Shown: one piece after another, positions 19,543 to 28,454 of the stretch
Numbering within the stretch: position 1 is the stretch's first letter
Layout of the letters: each line of letters begins with the position of its first letter
Virus record (IMG/VR): IMGVR_UViG_3300025413_000008
Strand: one strand, 5' to 3'
DNA: 58,977 nt
Source of the DNA: a virus
Taxonomy: Duplodnaviria > Heunggongvirae > Uroviricota > Caudoviricetes
Made by a program: the position numbers and the translations under genes
The notes under the pieces: generated by a model
Told to the model about the DNA's origin: nothing
What the model saw: the letters and a program-made list of their open reading frames with translations, nothing else
Databases searched by the model: none

Positions 19543-20214
19543 TTATCCACGAAAAAGTAGGTAAATCTTGCGTCCACCCCAGATAAGGAAAGTGATAATT
19601 GCAAGGAGAATAATAAGATTTACAAGTCCCCAGAAGATCATACCGAAAAAACCGGGACCATTATCCTGCTGTGGTGCCTGCATCTGCTGCTGGTCCCCCT
19701 GAGGGGCACCTTGGGCCACCTGCTGTGGTTGACCACCGCCGCCGCCGTTGTTTACATAGACAGGAGCCTGCTGGTTATGGTTGTTCATCGCCCACATCCA
19801 AAAGAAGGGATTGCTGAACACGCCACCACCGTAACCGCCGCCATAATAGCCGCCGCCATAATAGCCGCCGCCGTGATAATGGTTATGAATGACCGTATGA
19901 TTAGCACCGCCATAGCCACCATTATAGGTATTGGACGAACGAGTCACCACACGGGTCTGTGCAGGCTTTGCCGTGTTATAAGACGAGCCAGAACTAAAAC
20001 GCGATGTGGTAGCTGCAGCAGGTTTATAAGTGCTGTTATAACTCCCAGAAGGCTTGTAGGTGCTTCCTGAACTGAAGCTGCGCGAACTGGAACTTGAACT
20101 GTAACTACTTGAGCGCGAGGAACTGAATCCGCCGCCACCACCAAACTTACCGGCATAAGCAGGCTGCGCGATCATTACAACAGCGGCAAAACTAAGAATA
20201 AACTTCTTAAACAT
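19543..20214 (-). CDS. Exported Gly/Ser/Tyr-rich protein with C-terminal membrane anchor
   Basis: Signal peptide MFKKFILSFAAVVMIAQPAYA, GGYYGGG repeats and a hydrophobic C-terminal helix. Confidence 0.7.
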   Translation of the reverse strand: MFKKFILSFAAVVMIAQPAYAGKFGGGGGFSSSRSSSYSSSSSSRSFSSGSTYKPSGSYNSTYKPAAATTSRFSSGSSYNTAKPAQTRVVTRSSNTYNGGYGGANHTVIHNHYHGGGYYGGGYYGGGYGGGVFSNPFFWMWAMNNHNQQAPVYVNNGGGGGQPQQVAQGAPQGDQQQMQAPQQDNGPGFFGMIFWGLVNLIILLAIITFLIWGGRKIYLLFRG

Positions 20215-20225
20215 ATTAATATTCC

Positions 20226-20453
20226 TTATTCAGCAGGGAGGATAGTAAGAAGATGATCAAGAATTTCCTTCTTGGTTTCAATCTTCTTTGATTCGTCAAG
20301 TTCATTCAGATACGCGACGACTTTGTTGAGGGTTTCTTCCTTGCCCTCAAGATATTCAATGTAATTCTGTGCTTCGTCAATGACTTTGCCAATTACATAT
20401 GGTTGAGTTTGACGAATGTTGTCAAAATCGGTTTGTAGACCTTCATAATTCAT
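20226..20453 (-). CDS. Hypothetical protein
   Basis: 75-aa ORF packed in an operon. Confidence 0.6.
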   Translation of the reverse strand: MNYEGLQTDFDNIRQTQPYVIGKVIDEAQNYIEYLEGKEETLNKVVAYLNELDESKKIETKKEILDHLLTILPAE

Positions 20454-20455
20454 AA

Positions 20456-21046
20456 TTAATTCTCCTTTACAATTTTTACTTGATATCCAAGCAGGGCTTC
20501 AATTTCTGCGATGGTAAGTTCTTGGACAGCGGTGGTTCTGCGTTTATGGTCTGCCTGTGTCACATGGACATCATTCAGATACCAGAACTTGGAACCATCT
20601 GCAAATTCAACAGCAGGCCCATCTTCACGGTGGCGTTCACCATTCAGAAACCATTCCTTGGCTCCATCTGCATATTCAATAGCGGGTCCATCTTCGCGAT
20701 GGAGTTTGTCATTCAGATACCAATAATTGTCGCCAGCCACATCTTCAACAGCAGGAAGATCATTTTCGCGATGGAGTTTGTCATTTAAATACCAATACTT
20801 GGTACCATCTGCACGTTCAATAGCAGGACCATCTTCGCGATGGCGTTGATCATTCAAAAACCAGTGCTTGGTGCCATTTGCATATTCAATAGCGGGTCCA
20901 TCTTCGCGATGGAGTTTGCCATTCAGATACCAAGACTTGGAACCATCTGCACGTTCAATAGCAGGTCCATCTTCGCGATGGAATTTGCCATTCAGGTACC
21001 ATTCTTTATGTCCATCTGGATAAACCCTAACAGTATATTCAATCAT
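20456..21046 (-). CDS. Tandem repeat protein (W(Y/F)LNxxxHREDGPA(I/V)E, MORN-variant-like)
   Basis: Six full 23-24-aa repeats plus a partial seventh. Confidence 0.8.
   Translation of the reverse strand: MIEYTVRVYPDGHKEWYLNGKFHREDGPAIERADGSKSWYLNGKLHREDGPAIEYANGTKHWFLNDQRHREDGPAIERADGTKYWYLNDKLHRENDLPAVEDVAGDNYWYLNDKLHREDGPAIEYADGAKEWFLNGERHREDGPAVEFADGSKFWYLNDVHVTQADHKRRTTAVQELTIAEIEALLGYQVKIVKEN
20570..21012 (-). repeat. ~69-bp coding tandem repeat, ~6.5 copies
   Basis: Recurrent ccatcttcgcgatgg...cattcagataccaa with ~69-nt period. Confidence 0.85.
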
Positions 21047-21057
21047 AATAAAAATCC

Positions 21058-21435
21058 TTACCAGTCAGATGAAGAAGAGCCGTTGTCATAGCTGCTAGAG
21101 CCAGAATCCCACGAACCAGATGCGCCACCGCCATCGGAACTGCCCCCGCCGCCGGAAAATGAATCAGTGTTATTGCTGGTGTATGAGCCAGTATCATATG
21201 TGCTGCTACTTGCAATGTCCATAAGCACTTCTGCGGTAATGACGCTATCAACCACCGTCATGTTTGACCCATTGTCTTCGCACGAGTGGTCATACTGAAC
21301 GGGGTAATACCGTTCACTGTAGGATAAATTCGTGCCTTTAAGCACTTGAGTGTTTTGACGAAGAGATGAAGAAGATGTGCTATAGGTAGGGGTAGCAAAT
21401 TTCTTCTTACGTTTAAAGATAGAGAATGGAAACAT
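21058..21435 (-). CDS. Ser/Gly-rich-tail hypothetical protein
   Basis: ATG at 21435 after AAGGAG. Ends FSGGGGSSDGGGASGSWDSGSSSYDNGSSSSDW. Confidence 0.6.
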   Translation of the reverse strand: MFPFSIFKRKKKFATPTYSTSSSSLRQNTQVLKGTNLSYSERYYPVQYDHSCEDNGSNMTVVDSVITAEVLMDIASSSTYDTGSYTSNNTDSFSGGGGSSDGGGASGSWDSGSSSYDNGSSSSDW

Positions 21436-21500
21436 TGTTTCACTCCTTTGTTGGATGTTTAAACACATTAACTCAAAGTTTAGGCATTGTCAAGATAAAT

Positions 21501-21860
21501 TTATGTGATTTTGATTTTTTTCTCTGGGACGTCCGGGGATCGGTGACTAAGAATTTTGATTCCTCTTTCACGAACAAGTTCTGCAGCAAATTGTGGCGTA
21601 TTTTTCCACCAGTCCCACAAATTTTCTTCTGTAATACCGGCTTCACAATCCATGGCATAAATTTCATAGGTGCGCTGCGGATTAAATCGTGCGCGACATG
21701 TCATTGCAGTAAGAATACTTTTGAGTGGATTTTCTTTTACTTGTTCACCTTTAAGGATAGCCCATGTGTTAATCTTGTCTTGATCTTCATATTGAGTGAT
21801 CGGAACGATGGAATCAATACCATAGCATGACCACATAAAAATATAAGCATTAGTTGTCAT
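21501..21860 (-). CDS. Hypothetical protein
   Basis: ATG at 21860 after GGAGG; RARFNPQRTYEIY motif. Confidence 0.65.
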   Translation of the reverse strand: MTTNAYIFMWSCYGIDSIVPITQYEDQDKINTWAILKGEQVKENPLKSILTAMTCRARFNPQRTYEIYAMDCEAGITEENLWDWWKNTPQFAAELVRERGIKILSHRSPDVPEKKIKIT

Positions 21861-21862
21861 AA

Positions 21863-22060
21863 TCAAACCTCCCAAATCTTGACGCCACGACGAACCAATT
21901 CAATGGCGATTAATCTTTCAACGCGATTTGCCCGACCAACTAACCGAGGTTCAATTTTTGCTTTATCAACCCTACCGAGAAAGTCAAGTGTTTCTTTTAA
22001 CCCATCAGTGTCTTGAAAACGAATAATGATTGGCGCGAAAAGGTCGCGTAACTTATCCAT
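21863..22060 (-). CDS. Small hypothetical protein
   Basis: The 3' part of the track ORF (MDKLRDLF...) fills the gap. The 5' part overlaps 22053..22406. Confidence 0.5.
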   Translation of the reverse strand: MDKLRDLFAPIIIRFQDTDGLKETLDFLGRVDKAKIEPRLVGRANRVERLIAIELVRRGVKIWEV

Positions 22061-22406
22061 AATAATTTTTCCATCCGTCGCGTTTTGGAAAAGTGGTATT
22101 TTCTTTTGCCCACGATAGATATGCTTGTGCATCTTCAATGTCGTGGAAGAGGTAATGATTGTTGTAGTGTGCACCAATGTTGTGATCCATAAGATGGCAT
22201 CTACCATCCTCCCAACCGATTCCATTTTCAATAGTGCTGGTGAAATATAGGGTTCCATGACTGGTCAGTTTAAGTTCAGAAATTCGCATGTTAATTTCCA
22301 TGGAAGACTGTTGACCAAGACCAAGAACGGCATACAGTGTCTTGTTCTCAGCGTAGCGAGCAGCATCAGTGGTTTCAAGTGCACCGAATGGATATTTGTG
22401 AGTCAT
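22053..22406 (-). CDS. Hypothetical early protein
   Basis: 117 aa, downstream of promoter TTGACG-N17-TATAAG (22436-22464). Confidence 0.65.
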   Translation of the reverse strand: MTHKYPFGALETTDAARYAENKTLYAVLGLGQQSSMEINMRISELKLTSHGTLYFTSTIENGIGWEDGRCHLMDHNIGAHYNNHYLFHDIEDAQAYLSWAKENTTFPKRDGWKNYYG

Positions 22407-22499
22407 GATTAATCCTATGTTGAGTTAACATGCTTCTTATATACTACCTGAAAATGCGCGTCAAGCAAAAAAGATAAATAACAATAAAGGTTATCAGAT

Positions 22500-24218
22500 A
22501 TGCCCGCACTGTCGTTATGGCGTCCTAATAAACAGAATGATTACAGATTCTTAGACAGAAATATTTCTGAACAATTGCGCGTGGGTGGCACAGATTTGTA
22601 TATCCACAAGTATGCTGGTATTACTAATCAGGGACCGTCTACCGATGCTACACAGCCACAGTATTTGGAACCGAATCCGACACAGATTCAGGATTTGTTA
22701 TTCTTAGAAAACAGAGACAGAAGTTATGAACCTAACATCTATCGTCTAAGAGGACACTATTCCGTTCAGAATCTGGATTTTGATTTAAGCCAATTTGGTC
22801 TATTTTTGAACAATGATATTGTCTTTATAACTGTGCATTATAATGACATGATTGATATTATTGGCCGTAAATTGATGGTAGGTGATGTTCTTGAATTACC
22901 ACATCTTCTCGACTATAACCCACTTGACGAAAAACTTCCAGTTGCATTAAAACGCTTTATGCAAATTACTGATGCTAACTATGCGAGCGAAGGATTTTCA
23001 CAGACATGGTTTCCGCATATGTGGCGTATTAAATGTGAACCACTAATTAATTCTGAAGAATTTGCAGATATCCTCAATCAGCCCACCCAGCAAGATAATT
23101 ATCTTGGAGATTTTGATGCTACCAAGACTTATCCAATGGGATATACAGTAACTTATGGAGGCGTAGTGTATCAATCAACTACTGATGTTCCTGCTGGAAC
23201 TATACCGCCAAATGCAATGTACTGGTCAGTTGTTCCGAATGGCAGTCTTGCTGATATTCTATCAACCTATAATAAAAATATTGCAATCAATAATGCTAAT
23301 CTCCAAGAAGCAGAAAAATTGTTACCGAAATCAGGCTATGATAATAGCAATCTTTATGTTGTGCCAACCTATGGTGCATATCAACAGGATGGAATTTTAT
23401 CCGGATATCCAAATCAGCCTGCTCCACCAATTGATATTCTCATTAACGAATCCAATACCCAACCTACTGTAACTGGAAATGTAGTTATGGTTCGTGATCC
23501 ACGTTATCGTACTCCAAGTGCAGGTGTCAAGATTTCCAAAGAGGCACTTCAAAGTATTTGGGACATGACAGTAGATGCCGAAGGCTTGTCTGAAAAAATA
23601 GATAAATTTATTGCCGCAAATCTTTCTATCATTGAAGTTCAGCCAAACAAAACATCAAGTGGCTCAGGTTCCGTTGAGACAACTAAGTTGTTGGCTGTAG
23701 AGCCATTAGGCACTGCATATGGTCCATATGGCACTGCCGACAATACTTATGCCACTGCTGACCAAGACCCCACTCAGTCTGGATTTACGGGTGATATTAC
23801 TCAACAAATGGACTATCGTGCAGACTGTGATCCAAGATTTCAGTATATTGCCCGTTCAAGCCCAAGATCATTTGGCTATGCTACTGGTTATCTTACTGGT
23901 GATGGCCAAGCCCCAGATGGATATCCTGTGTCTGCGGGAATAGCGTTTCCACAAAATCCACAAGTTGGTGACTATTTCTTACGTATTGATTACATGCCAC
24001 AATTGCTATTTCGTTGGGATGGTGGATTATGGGTAAGAATTTCCGAAAATGTCAGAACACAAACGGGATTTGCAGATGCCACTAACCAATCACAGTTAAG
24101 CGGATTTATTAATAATGATAATCAAATATATAACAATAATAGCAAAACATATATACCTGAGAAACAGGCACTGTCAACTATACTGATGCCTTCTCCAGAT
24201 ATACTTCCACCAGAATAA
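22500..24218 (+). CDS. Neck/head-closure protein (gp14-like) with C-terminal extension
   Basis: GGTDLYIHKY, DLLFLENRDR, LSQFGLFL.ND, MVGDVLELPHL, WRIKCEP. Late promoter at 22474; precedes the gp15-like gene. Confidence 0.65.
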   Translation: MPALSLWRPNKQNDYRFLDRNISEQLRVGGTDLYIHKYAGITNQGPSTDATQPQYLEPNPTQIQDLLFLENRDRSYEPNIYRLRGHYSVQNLDFDLSQFGLFLNNDIVFITVHYNDMIDIIGRKLMVGDVLELPHLLDYNPLDEKLPVALKRFMQITDANYASEGFSQTWFPHMWRIKCEPLINSEEFADILNQPTQQDNYLGDFDATKTYPMGYTVTYGGVVYQSTTDVPAGTIPPNAMYWSVVPNGSLADILSTYNKNIAINNANLQEAEKLLPKSGYDNSNLYVVPTYGAYQQDGILSGYPNQPAPPIDILINESNTQPTVTGNVVMVRDPRYRTPSAGVKISKEALQSIWDMTVDAEGLSEKIDKFIAANLSIIEVQPNKTSSGSGSVETTKLLAVEPLGTAYGPYGTADNTYATADQDPTQSGFTGDITQQMDYRADCDPRFQYIARSSPRSFGYATGYLTGDGQAPDGYPVSAGIAFPQNPQVGDYFLRIDYMPQLLFRWDGGLWVRISENVRTQTGFADATNQSQLSGFINNDNQIYNNNSKTYIPEKQALSTILMPSPDILPPE

Positions 24219-24228
24219 GAGATAACAA

Positions 24229-25605
24229 ATGGCTGAATTTTTTTACGATTCTCAGATAAGAAGATACTTAATTCAATTTGCAAAAATATTTAGTTCTTGG
24301 AATGTCACTAAAGGTAATGATCCCCAAGGCAATCCTATTATTGTTCGTGTTCCTATTATGTATGGCGATTCAAGTCGTCAAGCTGCCACTATTATCGCGA
24401 ATAATAGTGCAAGTAATTTGCCTTCTGCTCCATTAATTACCTATTATATCAGTGGACTTGAATATAATCAAAGATGGACAACCGATCCTACATTCATTGA
24501 TAAGTTACAGGTCCGTCAACGCACTTACAATAGCGATACTCAGTCCTATGAACCCACGCAATCGCAAGCATTTACCATTGAAAGACAAATGCCTGTGCCA
24601 TATACCTTACGTATTACTGTAGATTTCTGGACAACAAACTATAATCAAAAATTAGAACTACTTGAACAGCTTGGAACTCTATTCAATCCTGCTCTTGAAA
24701 TTCAAAGCACTGATAATTTTATAGACTGGACATCGTTATCATCAGTGTTCCAAGATGGATTGACTTTTAGTAGTAGAAGCATTCCTGTTGGTAGCGGCAA
24801 TCCGATTGATGTCATGTCATGGAAATTCTATATGCCTATATGGCTGTCAACCCCAGCAAAACTAAAGAAAATGGGTGTTATTGAGAAGATTATTGCATCT
24901 ATCTATCAAGGAACAGCATACCAAGATGTTCAAAATGAAGATTTGTTATTGGGAACCCGACAAAAAATTACCCCATATGGCTATAATCTTTTGCTACTTG
25001 GTAATCAATTACAATTGCTTCCACAAAATTCTACATTTATCCCACCAAATGATGCGCTTACGTTACCGAGCAATCCTAATACAGATTTGTATTGGTCAGC
25101 ATTTTTAAATGCATATGGTGCTATCAGGCCAGGAATCTCACAAATTTGGTTACAAAACCCATATATGACTACTGATATTGTTGGGACTATAGTTTTAAAT
25201 CCGAATGATGATAGATTTTTAATTTATGATATTGATCCCCAAACTCTTCCACAAAATACACTGGTTCCGGTGGATAGCATTATTAATCCACAGATCACGG
25301 GACCAAATGCAGGATTGCCGGGACCAACTCCAAACAAAAGATATCTAATTGTAGAGGATATCGGGGCAGAGGGCGAAACTACTATTGCTTGGGGTGGACT
25401 TGTAGCGCATGCAAATGATATAATTCAATTTAATGCAACTACTATGGATTGGTACGTTTCATTTGATTCCAGATCAGCCACCGAAGTTGAATTTGTTACT
25501 AACATAACCACAGGAGTCCAATATCGCTATGACACTACTGATAGAATGTGGGTAAAATCGTATGACGGATACTATAGTGCTGGTGATTTTTCTATTGTTA
25601 TATAA
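24229..25605 (+). CDS. Tail terminator/sheath stabiliser (gp15-like) with C-terminal extension
   Basis: FFYDSQIRRY..QF..IFS, VRVPIMYG, MPVPYTL...VDFWT....QKLELLEQL..LFNP. Confidence 0.75.
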   Translation: MAEFFYDSQIRRYLIQFAKIFSSWNVTKGNDPQGNPIIVRVPIMYGDSSRQAATIIANNSASNLPSAPLITYYISGLEYNQRWTTDPTFIDKLQVRQRTYNSDTQSYEPTQSQAFTIERQMPVPYTLRITVDFWTTNYNQKLELLEQLGTLFNPALEIQSTDNFIDWTSLSSVFQDGLTFSSRSIPVGSGNPIDVMSWKFYMPIWLSTPAKLKKMGVIEKIIASIYQGTAYQDVQNEDLLLGTRQKITPYGYNLLLLGNQLQLLPQNSTFIPPNDALTLPSNPNTDLYWSAFLNAYGAIRPGISQIWLQNPYMTTDIVGTIVLNPNDDRFLIYDIDPQTLPQNTLVPVDSIINPQITGPNAGLPGPTPNKRYLIVEDIGAEGETTIAWGGLVAHANDIIQFNATTMDWYVSFDSRSATEVEFVTNITTGVQYRYDTTDRMWVKSYDGYYSAGDFSIVI

Positions 25606-25625
25606 TATATTAGTTAAATAAACCT

Positions 25626-26030
25626 ATGACAGTTCAAGCAGCAGGGGTATTTTTTTACAGTTCAAATACCGGTCGTTACCTATATCTACTAAGGGCAGAC
25701 CCCAAAGGTTATACGTGGAGTATACCGGGTGGTGGAATTGAAAAACATGAAACCTTATATGATGGTATTGCGCGAGAATGCACAGAAGAAATGGGTTTCT
25801 TCAATCATGAGCTAAAACTGATACCGATTCAAAAATTTGTTAATAATAATTTTACGTATCATACATTTTTTTGTGAAGTGGAGGTGGAATTTATTCCAAA
25901 TCTCAATGAAGAACATATCGGATATGCATGGGTAGGAGAAGGACAATATCCAAAGCCCCTTCATCCGGGATTGTTTTCTACTGTAAATATTGATATTGTT
26001 ACTGAAAAATTAAAATTACTGGCAAAATAA
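25626..26030 (+). CDS. NUDIX hydrolase
   Basis: WSIPGGGIEKHETLYDGIARECTEEMG Nudix box; LNEEHIGYAWV; PLHPG. Confidence 0.9.
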   Translation: MTVQAAGVFFYSSNTGRYLYLLRADPKGYTWSIPGGGIEKHETLYDGIARECTEEMGFFNHELKLIPIQKFVNNNFTYHTFFCEVEVEFIPNLNEEHIGYAWVGEGQYPKPLHPGLFSTVNIDIVTEKLKLLAK

Positions 26031-26053
26031 TAGGGGCTTTCGCCCCTATTATT
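26026..26053. terminator. Bidirectional terminator between convergent genes
   Basis: AATAATAGGGGC-tttc-GCCCCTATTATT, a 12-bp perfect stem spanning both stop codons. Confidence 0.75.
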
Positions 26054-26372
26054 ATATGTGTAGGAATTTTCCTATAACATGGAAACCTAATGCGCCAGCA
26101 AGAGCCACGCCACCCATGATCATCCATCTCCATTTTTCCAAATCTGAGATTTTCTGTTCAAGAGTTTTGTTTGAAGTTTTGCTGGATTCTGACAACTCTT
26201 TAATCGCTTGCATAGTGACGGTGGTGTGTTTTTCAACACTGTCACTAACTTCCTTCAAGCCAGTCTTTAGTTCATCAACCTTTTCGTTGAGATTTCCATA
26301 CTGGACTTGAAGGACGGCAATTTCGGTTTCCGTCTGCTGTTTAATCTGCTGAAATGATGAACGCGCAGCCAT
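26052..26372 (-). CDS. Coiled-coil protein with C-terminal TM helix (holin/XhlA-like candidate)
   Basis: IAVLQVQ...ISDLEKWRWMIMGGVALAGALGF. Confidence 0.5.
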   Translation of the reverse strand: MAARSSFQQIKQQTETEIAVLQVQYGNLNEKVDELKTGLKEVSDSVEKHTTVTMQAIKELSESSKTSNKTLEQKISDLEKWRWMIMGGVALAGALGFHVIGKFLHI

Positions 26373-26383
26373 GACCTAATTCC

Positions 26384-27757
26384 TTATGCGTTAGTGATAG
26401 TGATGACTGGATTTGGCTGACCTGCTGCTGCGTTTGCAGTGTAGGCTGTACCAAAAGTTGCAATAACATCTGGATTAGCATTCGCAGCAATTGCGAAACC
26501 AGTACCGGCGATGTTACCGGTTGCAGTGAACGTGATACCAGACATATTGTCGCGAGCACCAACTGATGTCCAGAGAGTGTTACCTGCGTTTGCAATAGTG
26601 TATTGAGTACCAACCACGAGTGCGTTAGAGTATGTCCATGGAGTATATACTCTTGATTGATAATCATCAACATTGAACAAGTTCACGGTTGATGAGTTTG
26701 CGTAAGTACCAGTGATGATCATGGTGTTTGGTAACATTGCCGTGTTTGCTACGTTTGCAGTATAGCACTGACCAGTAAGTCCAGAAGTCAAACCGGTGAC
26801 CAAATACTTGATTTTGCCCTTTTGACGATTGATGTAGCCGGTTTCAGGAGTTGCCTGAATGAATGCGCTATTTGAAACTGCGACTGCTGCGTTTGCAGTG
26901 AATGTTACAGTGTCTTGTAGGGCGTTTGCAGTTACACTTGCGTTAGATGACAACTGCACTGGGGCACCGCCTAGTGTTGCTGAGACCGTGAATGCGGAAG
27001 CATTTGGAGTAGTCTTGACATAATAAACATTGCCAGAAGTCAGCCCGCCAAATGTGTTGTCAAAGATTACAGGTGCATTTGCAATCAAAGTCAACGCGTT
27101 ACCAGATGTGCCTATTACGTTTCCAGTTGCGGTTGTATTTGCGATTACAACTGCGTTATTTCCTGGAGTACCAGTTACATAACCCACCGTAGTATAATCA
27201 GTTTGAATACCATTAACATTTGCTACTGGAATCTGAATAATAGCGCCGTTTGCTACATTAGTAGCAAAATTAGTGTTTAAACCAACTGCTTTTGTACTAG
27301 TGGTTGAAGTGAAGAGTGTGCCTGTACCATTCGCGCCGATTGCCACGGTTACAGAAACCTGCTTTCCATATTGTGCAGTGTTTCCGCCTACAACACCCCA
27401 AGTATTAGCATACTGTGCGGTGTTTGAACCGTTCGGGTTATTAAAGCCATAATCAACAAGACCGACAGTTGCGGCAATTGATTGACCTGTTGTGGTTGTC
27501 AAAGTTGGGAATGTTTGTGGTTGAACACTGAGTTGAGTGCTTGATACTGAAAAAGTTGTTGACGATGCAACATTATTTACGTAGTAAGTTGTTCCTGTTA
27601 GCAACCCACCAACGTTTGCGGATACAACAAATGGCATTCCTCTTGTTACGTTGGTTGCAGTTAGATTACCAGAAGTAGTAACCAATTGAGTAGATGCAGT
27701 TGTTGCGGTGATAGTCAATACAGCCTGTGACTGTGCGATTTTTAATGGTCTTCCCAT
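26384..27757 (-). CDS. Virion structural protein (Thr/Asn/Ala-rich, modular)
   Basis: ATG at 27757 (MGRPLKI) after AAGGA, under perfect TATAAATA. Two GGL..G..YYV.......F.VS modules and YINRQKGKIKYLV. Confidence 0.65.
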   Translation of the reverse strand: MGRPLKIAQSQAVLTITATTASTQLVTTSGNLTATNVTRGMPFVVSANVGGLLTGTTYYVNNVASSTTFSVSSTQLSVQPQTFPTLTTTTGQSIAATVGLVDYGFNNPNGSNTAQYANTWGVVGGNTAQYGKQVSVTVAIGANGTGTLFTSTTSTKAVGLNTNFATNVANGAIIQIPVANVNGIQTDYTTVGYVTGTPGNNAVVIANTTATGNVIGTSGNALTLIANAPVIFDNTFGGLTSGNVYYVKTTPNASAFTVSATLGGAPVQLSSNASVTANALQDTVTFTANAAVAVSNSAFIQATPETGYINRQKGKIKYLVTGLTSGLTGQCYTANVANTAMLPNTMIITGTYANSSTVNLFNVDDYQSRVYTPWTYSNALVVGTQYTIANAGNTLWTSVGARDNMSGITFTATGNIAGTGFAIAANANPDVIATFGTAYTANAAAGQPNPVITITNA

Positions 27758-27776
27758 TTGTTTTTCCTTTATCATT

Positions 27777-27830
27777 AACGGGTTCTAGCCGTTACGCGGT
27801 GGGTGCCGCATAAACTCTCACCATGAGAGT
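27777..27830 (-). ncRNA. Candidate structured 5' leader (three consecutive hairpins)
   Basis: ACTCTCA/TGAGAGT, TTATGCGG/CCGCGTAA (G-U pair only on the minus strand) and AACGG/CCGTT, between TATAAATA and the RBS. Confidence 0.55.
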
Positions 27831-27839
27831 GTATGAAAG

Positions 27840-27847
27840 TATTTATA
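27840..27847 (-). promoter_or_regulatory. T4-type late promoter TATAAATA (representative of ~19 (A/C/T)TAAATA sites)
   Basis: Other sites on minus: 4817, 7949, 8461, 8973, 9342, 11644, 15527, 17581, 28452, 32919, 34816, 35759, 36265, 38830, 43013. On plus: 15582, 22474, 25614, 40357, 43058. All are just upstream of gene starts and correctly oriented. Confidence 0.8.
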
Positions 27848-27871
27848 CTTTTTGCGTAGAAATGGGGTTAG

Positions 27872-28429
27872 TTAATTACTGATTCCGCCATTTGCTGGAT
27901 CAATATTCACGCCTGATGTTCCAGTCGGTGCATATGGCATACCAAGTTCAGTAATTGAGAAAGGTGCTGCAGTTGCTCCCGTCACGTTCAAGAATGACAC
28001 GATATTTCCTTGTCCAACATAAAAGCTATTTCTAGTTGTATTTGCTGGAATAATTTCACTATTTCCAGTTGCAACAGTATAAGGAACACCGAACGGATTG
28101 AATGTTGCTCCTGCACCAGAGATTGCTACGTTGGCATTTGCCGTTAACGTCAAACTTGTATTATTGGCAATTGATTTAACAATACCCACCGTAACCCCAG
28201 TAGCATTACCAATCCATGCGCCAACATTCAATTGTGTGAAAAATACAGAACCCGATCCTGTTACCACATTACTTGAAGTATTAGCAGTTACGGTACCAGT
28301 TACAGCAACATTCGGATAACTCGCTACTACTTGAATAGGCGAACTAGTAGTTGCAATTCTAATCTTATCAGTTTGAATATTGGCAGATGCCTGTGCTGAT
28401 GAATTTGCTGTATATACATAAGATGTCAT
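27872..28429 (-). CDS. Small virion structural protein
   Basis: 185 aa with a TGTVTANTSSNVVTGSGSVF...IVKSIANNTSLTL fibre-type module. Late promoter at 28452. Confidence 0.6.
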   Translation of the reverse strand: MTSYVYTANSSAQASANIQTDKIRIATTSSPIQVVASYPNVAVTGTVTANTSSNVVTGSGSVFFTQLNVGAWIGNATGVTVGIVKSIANNTSLTLTANANVAISGAGATFNPFGVPYTVATGNSEIIPANTTRNSFYVGQGNIVSFLNVTGATAAPFSITELGMPYAPTGTSGVNIDPANGGISN

Positions 28430-28454
28430 TGTAATTTATTCCTCTTTGTATTAT

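Noticed and set aside
27777-27830. tRNA gene
   Set aside because: There is no acceptor stem, TTC T-loop or CCA; the three hairpins do not form a cloverleaf.
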